64,000 nt of DNA from assembly GCA_045539075.1 (NCBI GenBank), contig JAZQEP010000034.1, forward strand, positions 32,856-96,855, read 5' to 3'. Source of the stretch: Faecousia sp. (GTDB taxonomy: Bacteria > Bacillota > Clostridia > Oscillospirales > Oscillospiraceae). The notes beneath the pieces were generated by a model, which was not told where the DNA came from, searched no databases, and worked only from the letters and a program-made list of their open reading frames with translations. This document shows positions 46,758 through 56,402 of the stretch, one piece after another; the first letter of the stretch is position 1, and each line of letters opens with the position of its first letter. The position numbers were made by a program, and so were the translations under genes.

Positions 46758-47120
46758 ATGAAACGAATTATATTGACAGCGGTATTGTTCTTGTTCCTCT
46801 TTTCCGCTTGCGGAAATCAGGAATCTGTTGTGGGTTTCTGGGAAGCCGTTCAGGCGGAGGATGTGGGACTGAATTTATCCAGCGGATTTGTGGATATGCA
46901 AACGCGTCTGATTCTGTCGGAGGAGGGGAAAGGCGCCTGGGAAATTGAGTTTATAGAGTCCCGGCAGATCCTTCGACGGGAATTCACGTACAATATTGAT
47001 GGAGAGAAGCTGACTATGCTTTACCCGGACAACAGCCGAGAGGCATACACCATAAGCTTTGAAGATGATCTCCTTCATTTAAGCGGATTGGACACCTTTA
47101 TTCTGAAACGGATGGAATAG
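46758..47120 (+). CDS. small lipoprotein
   Basis: Signal peptide with lipobox LFSAC. 120 aa. Confidence 0.7.
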   Translation: MKRIILTAVLFLFLFSACGNQESVVGFWEAVQAEDVGLNLSSGFVDMQTRLILSEEGKGAWEIEFIESRQILRREFTYNIDGEKLTMLYPDNSREAYTISFEDDLLHLSGLDTFILKRME

Positions 47121-47125
47121 GATAA

Positions 47126-47160
47126 TACCCCGGCTTCCTGTGGAAGCCGGGGTAACTTTA
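47126..47160. terminator. bidirectional terminator
   Basis: TACCCCGGCTTCC / GGAAGCCGGGGTA stem. Confidence 0.8.
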
Positions 47161-48306
47161 TGCCTGATATACGATCTTGCCGTCCACGATGGTCATGTGG
47201 CTTTCCGCACCAACGGTAACCATGGGGTCTGCGGTCCAGATAACTACGTCGCCATCCTTGCCGGGCTCCAGAGAACCTACGCGGTCTGCGATACCGGTGG
47301 ACTCAGCGGGATTGATGGTAATTGCCTTCCAGGCTTCCTCTTTGTCCAGTCCCTCCTTTACGGCCAGAGCTGCACACATGGGCAGGTACTGCAGAGGGAT
47401 TACAGGAGCGTCGGTGATGATGCTGACCTTGACACCGGCATCGGAGAGAACCTTGGGGGTCTCAAAGCTCTTGTAGATCAGCTCCAGCTTGGACTTGCTG
47501 CCCAGGGAGGGACCCACAAAGGCAGGCAGACCTTCTTTTGCCAGCTCATCCGCGATAAGCGCACCATCCGTGCAGTGGTCCAGAGTGATATTTACGCCGA
47601 ATTCCTTAGCAATACGGATGGAGGTGAGAATATCGTCGCTGCGGTGGGCATGGGCTTTCAGAGGAATTTCGCCCTTGATGACGGGGATCATGGCCTCCAG
47701 CTTCATATCGAAACCGGGAGTTTTGCCGGATTCCTTGTCTTCCAGATAGCGCTGGGTCTTGAACAGAAGCTCCCGGAGCAGAGCGGCAGTGCCCATACGG
47801 GTCATGGGGGTCTTCTTGGCTCCCTGGCCATAGACACGCTTGGGATTCTCGCCGAATGCGCACTTCATGGCAATGGGGTGCTTGATGATCATATTGTCCA
47901 CACGCTTGCCAACCAGCTTGATGGCAGCGAAGGTGCCTCCGACCACATTTGCGCTTCCTGGACCGGTGCAGGCAGAGGTCACGCCACCGCGAATGGCTTC
48001 GCCGAGGGCTTCGTCAAAGGGATAAATCGCATCGATTGCCCGCATCTGGGGGGTGATGGGGTCGGCCATATCGTTATAGTCACGGCCTTCCCAACCACAG
48101 GCTTCATTATGCAGGCCGATATGGCAATGGGCTTCCACACAGCCGGGAGTGACCAGACGACCTTCCGCGTCGATGACTTTGGCTTCCGTGGCTTGGATAT
48201 CTTCGCCAACGGACAGAATCTTTCCGTCATCACCGATCAGCACACAGCCATTGGGCAGATCGGGACCGGCCATTGTCTTGATGTAACCATTTTTAATCAG
48301 CAGCAT
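47158..48306 (-). CDS. metal-dependent amidohydrolase
   Basis: GCVEAHCHIG (HxH) N-terminal motif. AAGGAG RBS. Lies 2 nt after the MATE gene. Confidence 0.85.
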   Translation of the reverse strand: MLLIKNGYIKTMAGPDLPNGCVLIGDDGKILSVGEDIQATEAKVIDAEGRLVTPGCVEAHCHIGLHNEACGWEGRDYNDMADPITPQMRAIDAIYPFDEALGEAIRGGVTSACTGPGSANVVGGTFAAIKLVGKRVDNMIIKHPIAMKCAFGENPKRVYGQGAKKTPMTRMGTAALLRELLFKTQRYLEDKESGKTPGFDMKLEAMIPVIKGEIPLKAHAHRSDDILTSIRIAKEFGVNITLDHCTDGALIADELAKEGLPAFVGPSLGSKSKLELIYKSFETPKVLSDAGVKVSIITDAPVIPLQYLPMCAALAVKEGLDKEEAWKAITINPAESTGIADRVGSLEPGKDGDVVIWTADPMVTVGAESHMTIVDGKIVYQA

Positions 48307-48308
48307 AG

Positions 48309-49703
48309 TTATTTCTCCTTTTCCGGTATATCATCCACAAGTCTGGTGGAACCCAGTTTCACCCTGTGGAAATAGATGGTGGTGAGTGTGGCGCAGAGGA
48401 TCCATCCAGCGGGATAGCTCATGGCGATGGGGATGATCTCGTTGCAGACCCGGCTCATAATGAACAGGTATATCTGCCGGAATGCCACGAAGGAGGACAG
48501 CATAATGATCATGGGTGCCTTGCTGTTGCCCGCGCCCCGAAGCGCGCCGGAGTAGATCTGATTGAAGCAGCATACCACGTAGAAGGGGGTGATGTAGCGC
48601 AGCATCATCGAGCCGTATTCCACGACTTCCTGCTTGCTGTTAAAGAATGCTACTACGGGCTCTGCGTAGATGATAATGGGAACCATCAGCACAGATGTGG
48701 AGCAAAGGGCCAGGATAAGGGCATTGCGCACACCTTTTCTTGCCCGCTCTACCTGGTTGCATCCAAGATTCTGGCCCACAAAGGTGGTGGAAGCAAGGGC
48801 AATGGACTGCATGGGCAGGAAGAGAACCGCGTCTACCTTTGCATAGGTGGTCCAGCCGGACATACAGGCATCGCCGAAGAAATTGATGTAAGATTGCACG
48901 AAAATATTGGAGAAGCCTGTGATAGCCATTTGGATGGCTGCGGGGATGCCTACACGTATAATTTTTTTGAGAATATCCCAGTGCAGACGGAGGGAGCGGA
49001 GAGAAAGATGAATGCATTCGTTGGTTCTGACCATGGTGATCAGAACCAGCACGGCCGAGACACCCTGGGACAAAATAGTGGCCAGAGCCACGCCCCGTAC
49101 ACCCATCTGGAATACGATGACAAACAGCAGATCCAGCACTGTGTTCATCAGCGCGCAGACAACCAGGAAATAGAAGGGCCGCTTGGAATCGCCCACAGCA
49201 CGCAGAATACCCGCACCGGCGTTATAAAGCATCAGTCCCATGATGCCGGAGAAGTAAATGGACAGGTAGGCACTGGATTCAGGGAGCACATTCTCCGGGG
49301 TGTTCATCATACGCAGCATGTACGGCGCAATGGCAAGGCCGATGGCCGTGAAAGTGATGCCCATCAAAATGGTCATGGCAATGGTGGTGTGCACCGTTCG
49401 CTTTACATCCTCCATGCGCTTGGCACCGTAATACTGGCTGATGACAACACCGGCACCGGAGGACAGGCCCATGAAAAAGCCCACCAACATATTGATGATG
49501 GGACCCACGCTGCCAACGGCTGCATAAGCCTCATTGCTGACGAAACGTCCCACAACCCAGGTGTCCACCATATTGTAAAGCTGCTGGAAAATATTGCCCG
49601 CCAGGAGAGGCAGTGCAAAAAGAATGATGTGACGGGTAATATTGCCCGTGGTCATATCCACATCCTTACCCCGCTTCGGCAGGGTTTTTTGTGAGACAGA
49701 CAT
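48309..49703 (-). CDS. MATE-family efflux transporter
   Basis: 464 aa, 12 TM segments, MATE-like N-terminal region. GGAGGG RBS. Confidence 0.9.
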   Translation of the reverse strand: MSVSQKTLPKRGKDVDMTTGNITRHIILFALPLLAGNIFQQLYNMVDTWVVGRFVSNEAYAAVGSVGPIINMLVGFFMGLSSGAGVVISQYYGAKRMEDVKRTVHTTIAMTILMGITFTAIGLAIAPYMLRMMNTPENVLPESSAYLSIYFSGIMGLMLYNAGAGILRAVGDSKRPFYFLVVCALMNTVLDLLFVIVFQMGVRGVALATILSQGVSAVLVLITMVRTNECIHLSLRSLRLHWDILKKIIRVGIPAAIQMAITGFSNIFVQSYINFFGDACMSGWTTYAKVDAVLFLPMQSIALASTTFVGQNLGCNQVERARKGVRNALILALCSTSVLMVPIIIYAEPVVAFFNSKQEVVEYGSMMLRYITPFYVVCCFNQIYSGALRGAGNSKAPMIIMLSSFVAFRQIYLFIMSRVCNEIIPIAMSYPAGWILCATLTTIYFHRVKLGSTRLVDDIPEKEK

Positions 49704-49772
49704 TTTGATCCCTCCACAATTCGGATGGTGGTATTATAGCAGAAAATCATTGCGTACGCAACTATTTATTTG

Positions 49773-49807
49773 AAAAAAATGGAGGCACGACAGTGCCTCC
49801 ATTTTTT
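49773..49807. terminator. bidirectional terminator
   Basis: ATGGAGGCAC / GTGCCTCCAT stem flanked by an A-run and a T-run. Confidence 0.85.
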
Positions 49808-49814
49808 GAAAGTG

Positions 49815-51206
49815 TTATTTTAGGTGGTCTGCTTTGATGCTGGGAAGCTTGTCTCTCCACTTGCCGTGCTTAAATGCAACAATGGAGATCACCATACCCA
49901 GGGTCCAGCTGATCATCAGGGAGCCGAACAGGGCAATGGGATTGCCGTGGGGGAACTCGGGAGAACGGGTCAGGTAGGCAATCAGATAGGCTACGGGAAC
50001 ACGAATGATGATGGTTTGGGCAATGGAGATCCACATGGGTACCACGGTCTCGCCGCAGCCGCGCATAACGCCGCCAAGAACCTGGGTCAAAGACATGCAG
50101 ATATAGCCAACAGCCATAATCCGGATCATCCGGGTTGCCAGGTCGATCAGTTCGGGGGTATCGGTAAAGAAGCTGAAGAGCGTGGGGCTGAAGAACATCA
50201 GAATCAGGGTGATGACTGCACTGATCTGAGAGGCGATCATGCCGCCGTGACGGACACCCAGGCCCACCCGGTCATACTTGCCTGCGCCGAAGTTCTGGCC
50301 TGCGTAGACGGACAGAGCCTGACCGAAGGTGAAGTTGGGCATCATGGCGAAGCCGTCCACACGCATGACGATGACGTTGCAGGCGATGACCATTTCGCCC
50401 ATGGCGTTGGTCAGATTCAGAACCACCATACCGGCAGTGGCCATGATGGCCTGGGTGATGCCGGAGGGAATGCCGATCTTCATGATTCTGCCTGCCACAG
50501 AGGGAATCAGCTTCATGGTCCTCAGATTCAGATCGAAGCTGTCGGACATCTTAGCCAGCTTGATATAGCAGAACACAGCAGAGATGCCCTGGGAGAGGAC
50601 AGTTGCCAGAGCAACACCGGCAACACCCATATCCCGGACGAACCACAGGTCCAGCAGGACGTTGAGAACTGCGGCGATGAGCAGGAAGCCCAGGGCGGAC
50701 AGGGAGTCACCAAGGCCACGGAGAACGCCGGAGAGCATATTGTAGAAGAAGAAGCCCACAATGCCCCAGAAGTAGATTTTCAGGTAGTCATCACACCAGT
50801 AGATGATGGACTCGGGTGTACCCAGCATCTTCAGCATGGGCATGGAAATTATGGGACCGATGATCATGATCACGATGGACGCAATGACGGAAAGGGCAAT
50901 ACAGTTGCCGATGGCCTCGGTCAGACCCTTCCGGTCCTTAGCGCCGTAGCTCTGGGAGACCACGATACCGGCACCGGTGGCGATACCCACAAACAGGGCA
51001 AGTAAAAGATTCAGAATGGGCATAGCGCTGCCAACTGCAGCCAGGGCGTTGTCGCCAACGTAGTGACCCACGATGATGGAGTCGGCGGTGTTGTACAGCT
51101 GCTGGGCGATATTGCCAATCAGCATGGGGATGGAAAACTCCAGAATTCGTTTCCAGGGGGGGCCTTGGGTCATGTCCTTGGCGGAAAACATTTCTTTCAA
51201 GTTCAC
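49815..51206 (-). CDS. MATE-family efflux transporter (paralogue)
   Basis: 463 aa. GTG start with AAGGAGG RBS. Confidence 0.9.
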   Translation of the reverse strand: MNLKEMFSAKDMTQGPPWKRILEFSIPMLIGNIAQQLYNTADSIIVGHYVGDNALAAVGSAMPILNLLLALFVGIATGAGIVVSQSYGAKDRKGLTEAIGNCIALSVIASIVIMIIGPIISMPMLKMLGTPESIIYWCDDYLKIYFWGIVGFFFYNMLSGVLRGLGDSLSALGFLLIAAVLNVLLDLWFVRDMGVAGVALATVLSQGISAVFCYIKLAKMSDSFDLNLRTMKLIPSVAGRIMKIGIPSGITQAIMATAGMVVLNLTNAMGEMVIACNVIVMRVDGFAMMPNFTFGQALSVYAGQNFGAGKYDRVGLGVRHGGMIASQISAVITLILMFFSPTLFSFFTDTPELIDLATRMIRIMAVGYICMSLTQVLGGVMRGCGETVVPMWISIAQTIIIRVPVAYLIAYLTRSPEFPHGNPIALFGSLMISWTLGMVISIVAFKHGKWRDKLPSIKADHLK

Positions 51207-51396
51207 GCAAAATCCTCCTTAATTATGTAGTTTGCTACGAAATATTCTAACGCATTCAGGCAAAAAAAGCAATATGGACATGAAAAAATATACAATCATA
51301 ACAAATTTGACTGCCTCTAACTGGACAAGACGCTGTGTTGACAGAAAAATGAAGCAGATGGTAAAATAATAAAAATATACGCAGGAGGGAAGCATT

Positions 51397-53604
51397 ATGG
51401 AGAAAAAATACGAGATAACCCACCGCAGCGGATATGTGGAAATTTCAAATTCCGACGGTAAAAAACTCACAATGAGTACTACAAACATAAAGGAATCGGA
51501 AGGTTTTGCTTTTAAAAACCTTTCCGGACAGCCTTCACTTCTTCCGTATGAAGACTGGCGTCTGAGTCCGGAAGTACGCGCGCAGGATCTGGCCAAGCGT
51601 CTTTCTGTGGATCAGATCGCCGGATTGATGCTCTGGTCGCCCCATCAAATGGTGCCATTTCTGCCGGGAATGCCATTCAAGGGACACTACAACGGCGGAG
51701 ATTTTCAGCCCGGAACCACGGACCCTGCCTCACTGACTGACGAGCAGAGGGACTTTGTGTCCAATGAACAGCTGAGAAATTTCCTCCTGGTAGGCGTGGA
51801 GTCTGCCGCAACGGCTGCACGGTGGAATAATGCGCTTCAGCAAAAGGCAGAGCAGTCCCAGTGGGGTATTCCGGTGTGCATTTCTTCCGATCCGAGACAT
51901 GGCGCGGGAAAAAAGAGCGCCGAGTTTTCCGGTACGGGAAAAGAGGTCTCCCGCTGGCCCGAGGGCATGGGCATGGCCGCCACCTTCGATACGGAGCTCA
52001 TGAAGACCTTTGCCCGGACTGTTGCATTGGAATATCGGGCGCTGGGAATCTCGCAGGCGCTGGGACCGCAGATCGATCTATCCACGGATCCCCGGTGGAT
52101 GCGCCTGGAGGATACCATGGGCGCAAACACAGAGATGGTGACGGCCTTTACAAGAGCCTACTGCGATGGGCTGCAGACCACCGAGGGCGCACCGGATGGC
52201 TGGGGAAAGGATTCCGTAGCTGCCATGGTCAAGCACTGGCCAGGCGGAGGCACCGGCGAGAGCGGCAGAGACGCACACTATGCCTATGGTAAATTTGCTG
52301 TGTATCCCGGAGGGCGTTTTGAGGAACATAAGCTTCCCTTTACGCAGGGTGCTTTCAAGCTGGACGGACCCACCAAGAAGGCAGCGGCCGTGATGCCCTA
52401 CTACACCGTTTCCTGGGAGCAGGATAAGAAAAACGGTGAAAATGTGGGTAATTCCTACTCCGAATACATCATACAGGATCTTCTGCGGAAGGGTGAAAAC
52501 TATGACGGAGTTGTGTGCACCGACTGGGGCATTACCGGAGATCCTTCTCGGGATCCGGGCAGCTTCGGCTCCCGATGCTACGGTGTTGAAGACCTGTCTG
52601 TGGCCCGTCGGCATCTGAGGCTGATCGAAAACGGCGTGGATATGTTTGGCGGCAACAAGGAAAAGGCGCCCATCGTGGAAGTCTACGAAATTGGCTGCAA
52701 AAAATATGGCGAAACAGCCATGCGAGCAAGATTCGAGCAGTCTGCCTGCCGCATTCTGACCCTGATGTTCCGCCTGGGACTCTTTGAGGATCCATACCTG
52801 GACCCCCAAAAAAGCGCTGAAATCGTTGGCGCGCCTCAATTTGTGGAGGCGGGTTTGGAGGCACAGCGGCGCAGCGTAATTTTGCTGAAAAACAGAGATA
52901 AGCTTCTGCCGCTGAAAAAAGGCACCAAGATATATGTGCCCGGACGGCATTTGGACGCCCACTATAGCTTCTTCAGGACTATTGTTCCGGCAATGGACGT
53001 ACAGCCATTGTCTCAGCGGGATGCTGAGGGATATTTTCAGTTGGTGGAGGACACGGACAATGCGGACTGCGCAGTGTTATTTATGGAAAGTCCTCTGTGT
53101 GATTGTTATACGGATGCAGATAAGCAGGCCGGCGGAAATGGATATCTGCCTATTACCCTCCAGTATAAGCCCTATACCGCGGATTCTGCGCGGGAGCACA
53201 GCATTGCCCGGGGAGACTTCCGGGAAAATGATTGCGACCGTAGCTACAGAGGAAAAACCAACACACCCTATAACGCTTCGGATCTGGACAATTTGATCCA
53301 GACCCGGCAAGCAATGGGCGATAAACCAGTATTTGTGGTGCTGCAGCTGCACAATCCCTGCGTACTCACCGAACTGGAACCGCTGGCAGACGGCATTCTG
53401 GCTCATTTCGGTGTGGAAAATAAAGTGGTCATGGAGATTCTTTCCGGTGACGCTGTTCCCGGCGGACGACTTCCTCTGATCATGCCTGTGTCCATGGAGA
53501 CTGTGGAGCATCACTGCGAGGATGTATTTGAAGATCTGGAAGTGTACCGGGATTCTGCGGGAAACCGCTATGATTACGGCTTTGGCCTGCGCTATGGAGA
53601 GTGA
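51397..53604 (+). CDS. glycoside hydrolase family 3 (beta-glucosidase/xylosidase-like)
   Basis: KHWPGGG and VCTDWG motifs. 735 aa. Confidence 0.88.
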   Translation: MEKKYEITHRSGYVEISNSDGKKLTMSTTNIKESEGFAFKNLSGQPSLLPYEDWRLSPEVRAQDLAKRLSVDQIAGLMLWSPHQMVPFLPGMPFKGHYNGGDFQPGTTDPASLTDEQRDFVSNEQLRNFLLVGVESAATAARWNNALQQKAEQSQWGIPVCISSDPRHGAGKKSAEFSGTGKEVSRWPEGMGMAATFDTELMKTFARTVALEYRALGISQALGPQIDLSTDPRWMRLEDTMGANTEMVTAFTRAYCDGLQTTEGAPDGWGKDSVAAMVKHWPGGGTGESGRDAHYAYGKFAVYPGGRFEEHKLPFTQGAFKLDGPTKKAAAVMPYYTVSWEQDKKNGENVGNSYSEYIIQDLLRKGENYDGVVCTDWGITGDPSRDPGSFGSRCYGVEDLSVARRHLRLIENGVDMFGGNKEKAPIVEVYEIGCKKYGETAMRARFEQSACRILTLMFRLGLFEDPYLDPQKSAEIVGAPQFVEAGLEAQRRSVILLKNRDKLLPLKKGTKIYVPGRHLDAHYSFFRTIVPAMDVQPLSQRDAEGYFQLVEDTDNADCAVLFMESPLCDCYTDADKQAGGNGYLPITLQYKPYTADSAREHSIARGDFRENDCDRSYRGKTNTPYNASDLDNLIQTRQAMGDKPVFVVLQLHNPCVLTELEPLADGILAHFGVENKVVMEILSGDAVPGGRLPLIMPVSMETVEHHCEDVFEDLEVYRDSAGNRYDYGFGLRYGE

Positions 53605-53605
53605 C

Positions 53606-54055
53606 ATGGGAAGAACGGAAAACTGTGAACTGACTATGCTCTGTCTGATCCGTCGAGGAAATTCCATTCTTCTTCAGAATCGGGTGAAGGAAGACTGGGC
53701 AGGCTATACATTGCCCGGAGGACATGTGGAGCCGGGGGAGTCCTTTGTGGACGCCTGCATCCGGGAGATGAAGGAGGAAACAGGCCTGACCGTATCCAAT
53801 GTGAAGCTTTGCGGTGTGAAGCAGTTTCCCAGCCATGGCGGGCGTTACATCGTGTTTCTGTTCCGGAGTGAAGCTTTCCAGGGGGAACTTCGATCCTCGG
53901 AGGAAGGGATGATGGAGTGGGTCCCAATGGACAGGCTCCATGAGTACAGTACAGTGTCTGATCTGAAGGAACTGCTGGATGTGATGCTTCGGGACGACCT
54001 GAATGAGTTTCAGTACATCGTCCATGGGGACGAGTGGATCGTAAATTTGAGGTAA
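53606..54055 (+). CDS. NUDIX hydrolase
   Basis: Nudix box is GGHVEPGESFVDACIREMKEETG. ATG 53606 lies 1 nt after the GH3 stop. Confidence 0.88.
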   Translation: MGRTENCELTMLCLIRRGNSILLQNRVKEDWAGYTLPGGHVEPGESFVDACIREMKEETGLTVSNVKLCGVKQFPSHGGRYIVFLFRSEAFQGELRSSEEGMMEWVPMDRLHEYSTVSDLKELLDVMLRDDLNEFQYIVHGDEWIVNLR

Positions 54056-54058
54056 ACT

Positions 54059-54625
54059 ATGGACAAAATCTTATTTATCAACGCCTGCATTCGCCCGGAG
54101 AGCCGGACGCTCATTTTGGCAAAGCACCTGCTTTCCAAGTTGCCTGGGCAGGTTGAGGAAGTGAATCTGGAAGTGGAAGCGATTCCCGCACTGAACACGG
54201 ATTCTCTGAAGTACCGCCAGGCCCTGCTGGCGGCAGAGAAGTTTGATGATCCCATGCTTCGCTATGCCAGACAGTTCAAGGAAGCGGACATCATTGTGAT
54301 TGCGGCACCATATTATGATCTGTCGTTCCCCTCGGCGCTGAAAAACTATCTGGAAGCGGTGGCCTGTGTGGGACTGACCTTCTACTACGATGAAAATGAG
54401 GTAGCCCAGACACACACGCGGGCGAGGAATCTTTATTATGTGTCCACCGGCGGCGGTGAACTGAAAAAGCAGTTTGGCTTCGAGTATATCAAGGCACTGG
54501 TGGGGGAGTTCTACCACATTTTTGACGTCCTGGGCTTCTTCGCAGAGAAGCTGGATTTGATCGGAAGTGATCCGGCTTCGATTATGGATCTGGCGCTTCA
54601 AAAGATTGACGAATCATTTGCATAA
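54059..54625 (+). CDS. flavodoxin-like NAD(P)H-dependent FMN oxidoreductase
   Basis: 188 aa with an IVIAAPYYDLSFPSALKNYLE motif. Confidence 0.8.
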   Translation: MDKILFINACIRPESRTLILAKHLLSKLPGQVEEVNLEVEAIPALNTDSLKYRQALLAAEKFDDPMLRYARQFKEADIIVIAAPYYDLSFPSALKNYLEAVACVGLTFYYDENEVAQTHTRARNLYYVSTGGGELKKQFGFEYIKALVGEFYHIFDVLGFFAEKLDLIGSDPASIMDLALQKIDESFA

Positions 54626-54669
54626 GAAAATGCCCACCGCTTGAAGCGGTGGGCATTCGCAATCATGGG

Positions 54670-55113
54670 TTAGTCGACGCACACAACACCGCCATCTTTG
54701 ATGGTGATGCTCATGCCGTCTTTGACATAGTCTAGGAATTCGTCACCCAGGGAGTCCACAACGGGCATATTACTGCCATCCAGCCAGACAGAAGCCAGAA
54801 TGGCACCGGCAGCGGCCAGGGAGTCAATGGGTTTCGAGAAAAGCATGCATGCAGGCTGGCGGTTCATGGCGCAGGCGCAGTACAGAACCAGGCCGCCGGT
54901 GGTGGAGCCGATGGTCTGCGGCAGGCACAGGGCCTTGCCGGCCATCTGCTTGTTATAGAGGTCCGGGTTGTTCTGGTCACCGCAGGTGGCCTTCTTGTCA
55001 CCGAACTGCAGCGCGCCCTGGAAGGATGCCAGGGTGTTAAGACCCGCATGGGAGACCACAGCGGGAGCAGTGACGGTACCGGGGGTAACGACGCGTCCGA
55101 CAAATTCTCTCAT
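54670..55113 (-). CDS. aconitase X swivel-domain subunit (DUF126, AcnX small subunit)
   Basis: 147 aa. GKALCLPQTIGSTTGGLVLY segment. Lies 5 nt after the large-subunit gene. Confidence 0.7.
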   Translation of the reverse strand: MREFVGRVVTPGTVTAPAVVSHAGLNTLASFQGALQFGDKKATCGDQNNPDLYNKQMAGKALCLPQTIGSTTGGLVLYCACAMNRQPACMLFSKPIDSLAAAGAILASVWLDGSNMPVVDSLGDEFLDYVKDGMSITIKDGGVVCVD

Positions 55114-55118
55114 ATGGC

Positions 55119-56390
55119 TTACGCTCCCTTCGTGATCTTGGTGAGGATCTCATCCTCGGTATAGAAACGGGCGGTGGTGTAGGTGCGGAGTTTGTTGGAG
55201 CAGGTCATGACGGGCATAGCCTTGCACAGAGGGTTATTCATGTACATCAAGGGGCAGATGTAGCTCAAAATCACACCGGTAGCCTTCAGCCGAGCCGCAT
55301 ACTCGGTCTTTTCAAAGGCTTCCTTCACGGCAGGGGCAGTGGTGAATACGGTGGGCACCAGCACCTTCTGGTTTCCGCTTTCCTTGAGCCCCTGTTCCAC
55401 ATTTTCGGTCCAGGTGATCAACTGCTCCATGCTCAGGTGGGGGCAGCCAACAAAGCAGAGCTTGGGCTTGGCGGCGGGATTTTTCCACATGACCGGGTAG
55501 CTTGCCTGCACACGCTTCAGCTCGGCATCATCAATGACATAGACCTGGGCATTTTCCACGATCAGATCCTGTCCGATTTCCTTAGCTTCCGGGGTGAGAT
55601 TTTCAATGTGGTACAGGCCCACGGCACCGTTGGAGGCGGTGGCCGCGCCAAAGTCTTTCAGATATGCTTTGTTCTCATCATTCAGCTCAGTACCAAGCCA
55701 CTTTTCCATGCCCTGGATGAAGGGGACATCCTCCATGACCTTCATGCCGATTGCAGAGCCCAGAAGCTGGGCCTCGGGTTTTTCCTTGCACTGGACTTTC
55801 ACGATCCAGGTGGCCTTGCGGCCTTCGTCAGTCAGCAGGCCGAAATTGGGCACGCAGCCGGCGATGGAACCCATGATGTCCATGATGCCGGAGTTGCGGT
55901 TGCAGCGGGCACCCAGAACGGAGTTGGCGTAGACCACGGCGGAGGATTCTGCCCAGGAGAGGATCTCTCCCTTCTTGGGCGTGTTGCCCACTTCATCGAA
56001 GTAGCAGGCGCAGGTGAATGCCTGGTCGTTTATAAGGCCCAGCTCGTGCAGCTGCTTCTCATAGCTTTCCTGGGTGGCGTACATGATCTTGTTAAAGATG
56101 AAGTTCTGCAGGAAATTGGCGGGGACGTTTTTATCCAGAGGACGGGGGTCCACGGAGAATTTCTGACCGGAAACAGCACCGGCATCGATGAGCTGCTGCA
56201 TCAGATCAAAAACAGGCTTCATCATCTTCAGACCGAAGGAAGTGACCAGATGGTTATATTCAGAGGTGACAGGAACCAGCTTGTCAGCGCCGAAGGCATC
56301 GCCGTACATGACCAGAGTCTTCATGACCTTAGCCATAGTATCGCCCTTGGAGCCGTTCAAAATGGCCTGCTGTTCAGCATTTAAATACAT
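55119..56390 (-). CDS. aconitase X catalytic subunit (DUF521, AcnX large subunit)
   Basis: 423 aa. N-terminus is MYLNAEQQAILNGSKGDTMAKVMKTLVMYGDAFGA. Confidence 0.7.
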   Translation of the reverse strand: MYLNAEQQAILNGSKGDTMAKVMKTLVMYGDAFGADKLVPVTSEYNHLVTSFGLKMMKPVFDLMQQLIDAGAVSGQKFSVDPRPLDKNVPANFLQNFIFNKIMYATQESYEKQLHELGLINDQAFTCACYFDEVGNTPKKGEILSWAESSAVVYANSVLGARCNRNSGIMDIMGSIAGCVPNFGLLTDEGRKATWIVKVQCKEKPEAQLLGSAIGMKVMEDVPFIQGMEKWLGTELNDENKAYLKDFGAATASNGAVGLYHIENLTPEAKEIGQDLIVENAQVYVIDDAELKRVQASYPVMWKNPAAKPKLCFVGCPHLSMEQLITWTENVEQGLKESGNQKVLVPTVFTTAPAVKEAFEKTEYAARLKATGVILSYICPLMYMNNPLCKAMPVMTCSNKLRTYTTARFYTEDEILTKITKGA

Positions 56391-56402
56391 AGTTTCATCT
56401 CC

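Noticed and set aside
47140-51005. Plus-strand ORFs of 411, 442 and 393 aa opposite the amidohydrolase and both MATE genes.
   Set aside because: All three are His/Gly/Asp-rich antisense shadows of genes with clear family features (the HxH amidohydrolase and the 12-TM MATE transporters).
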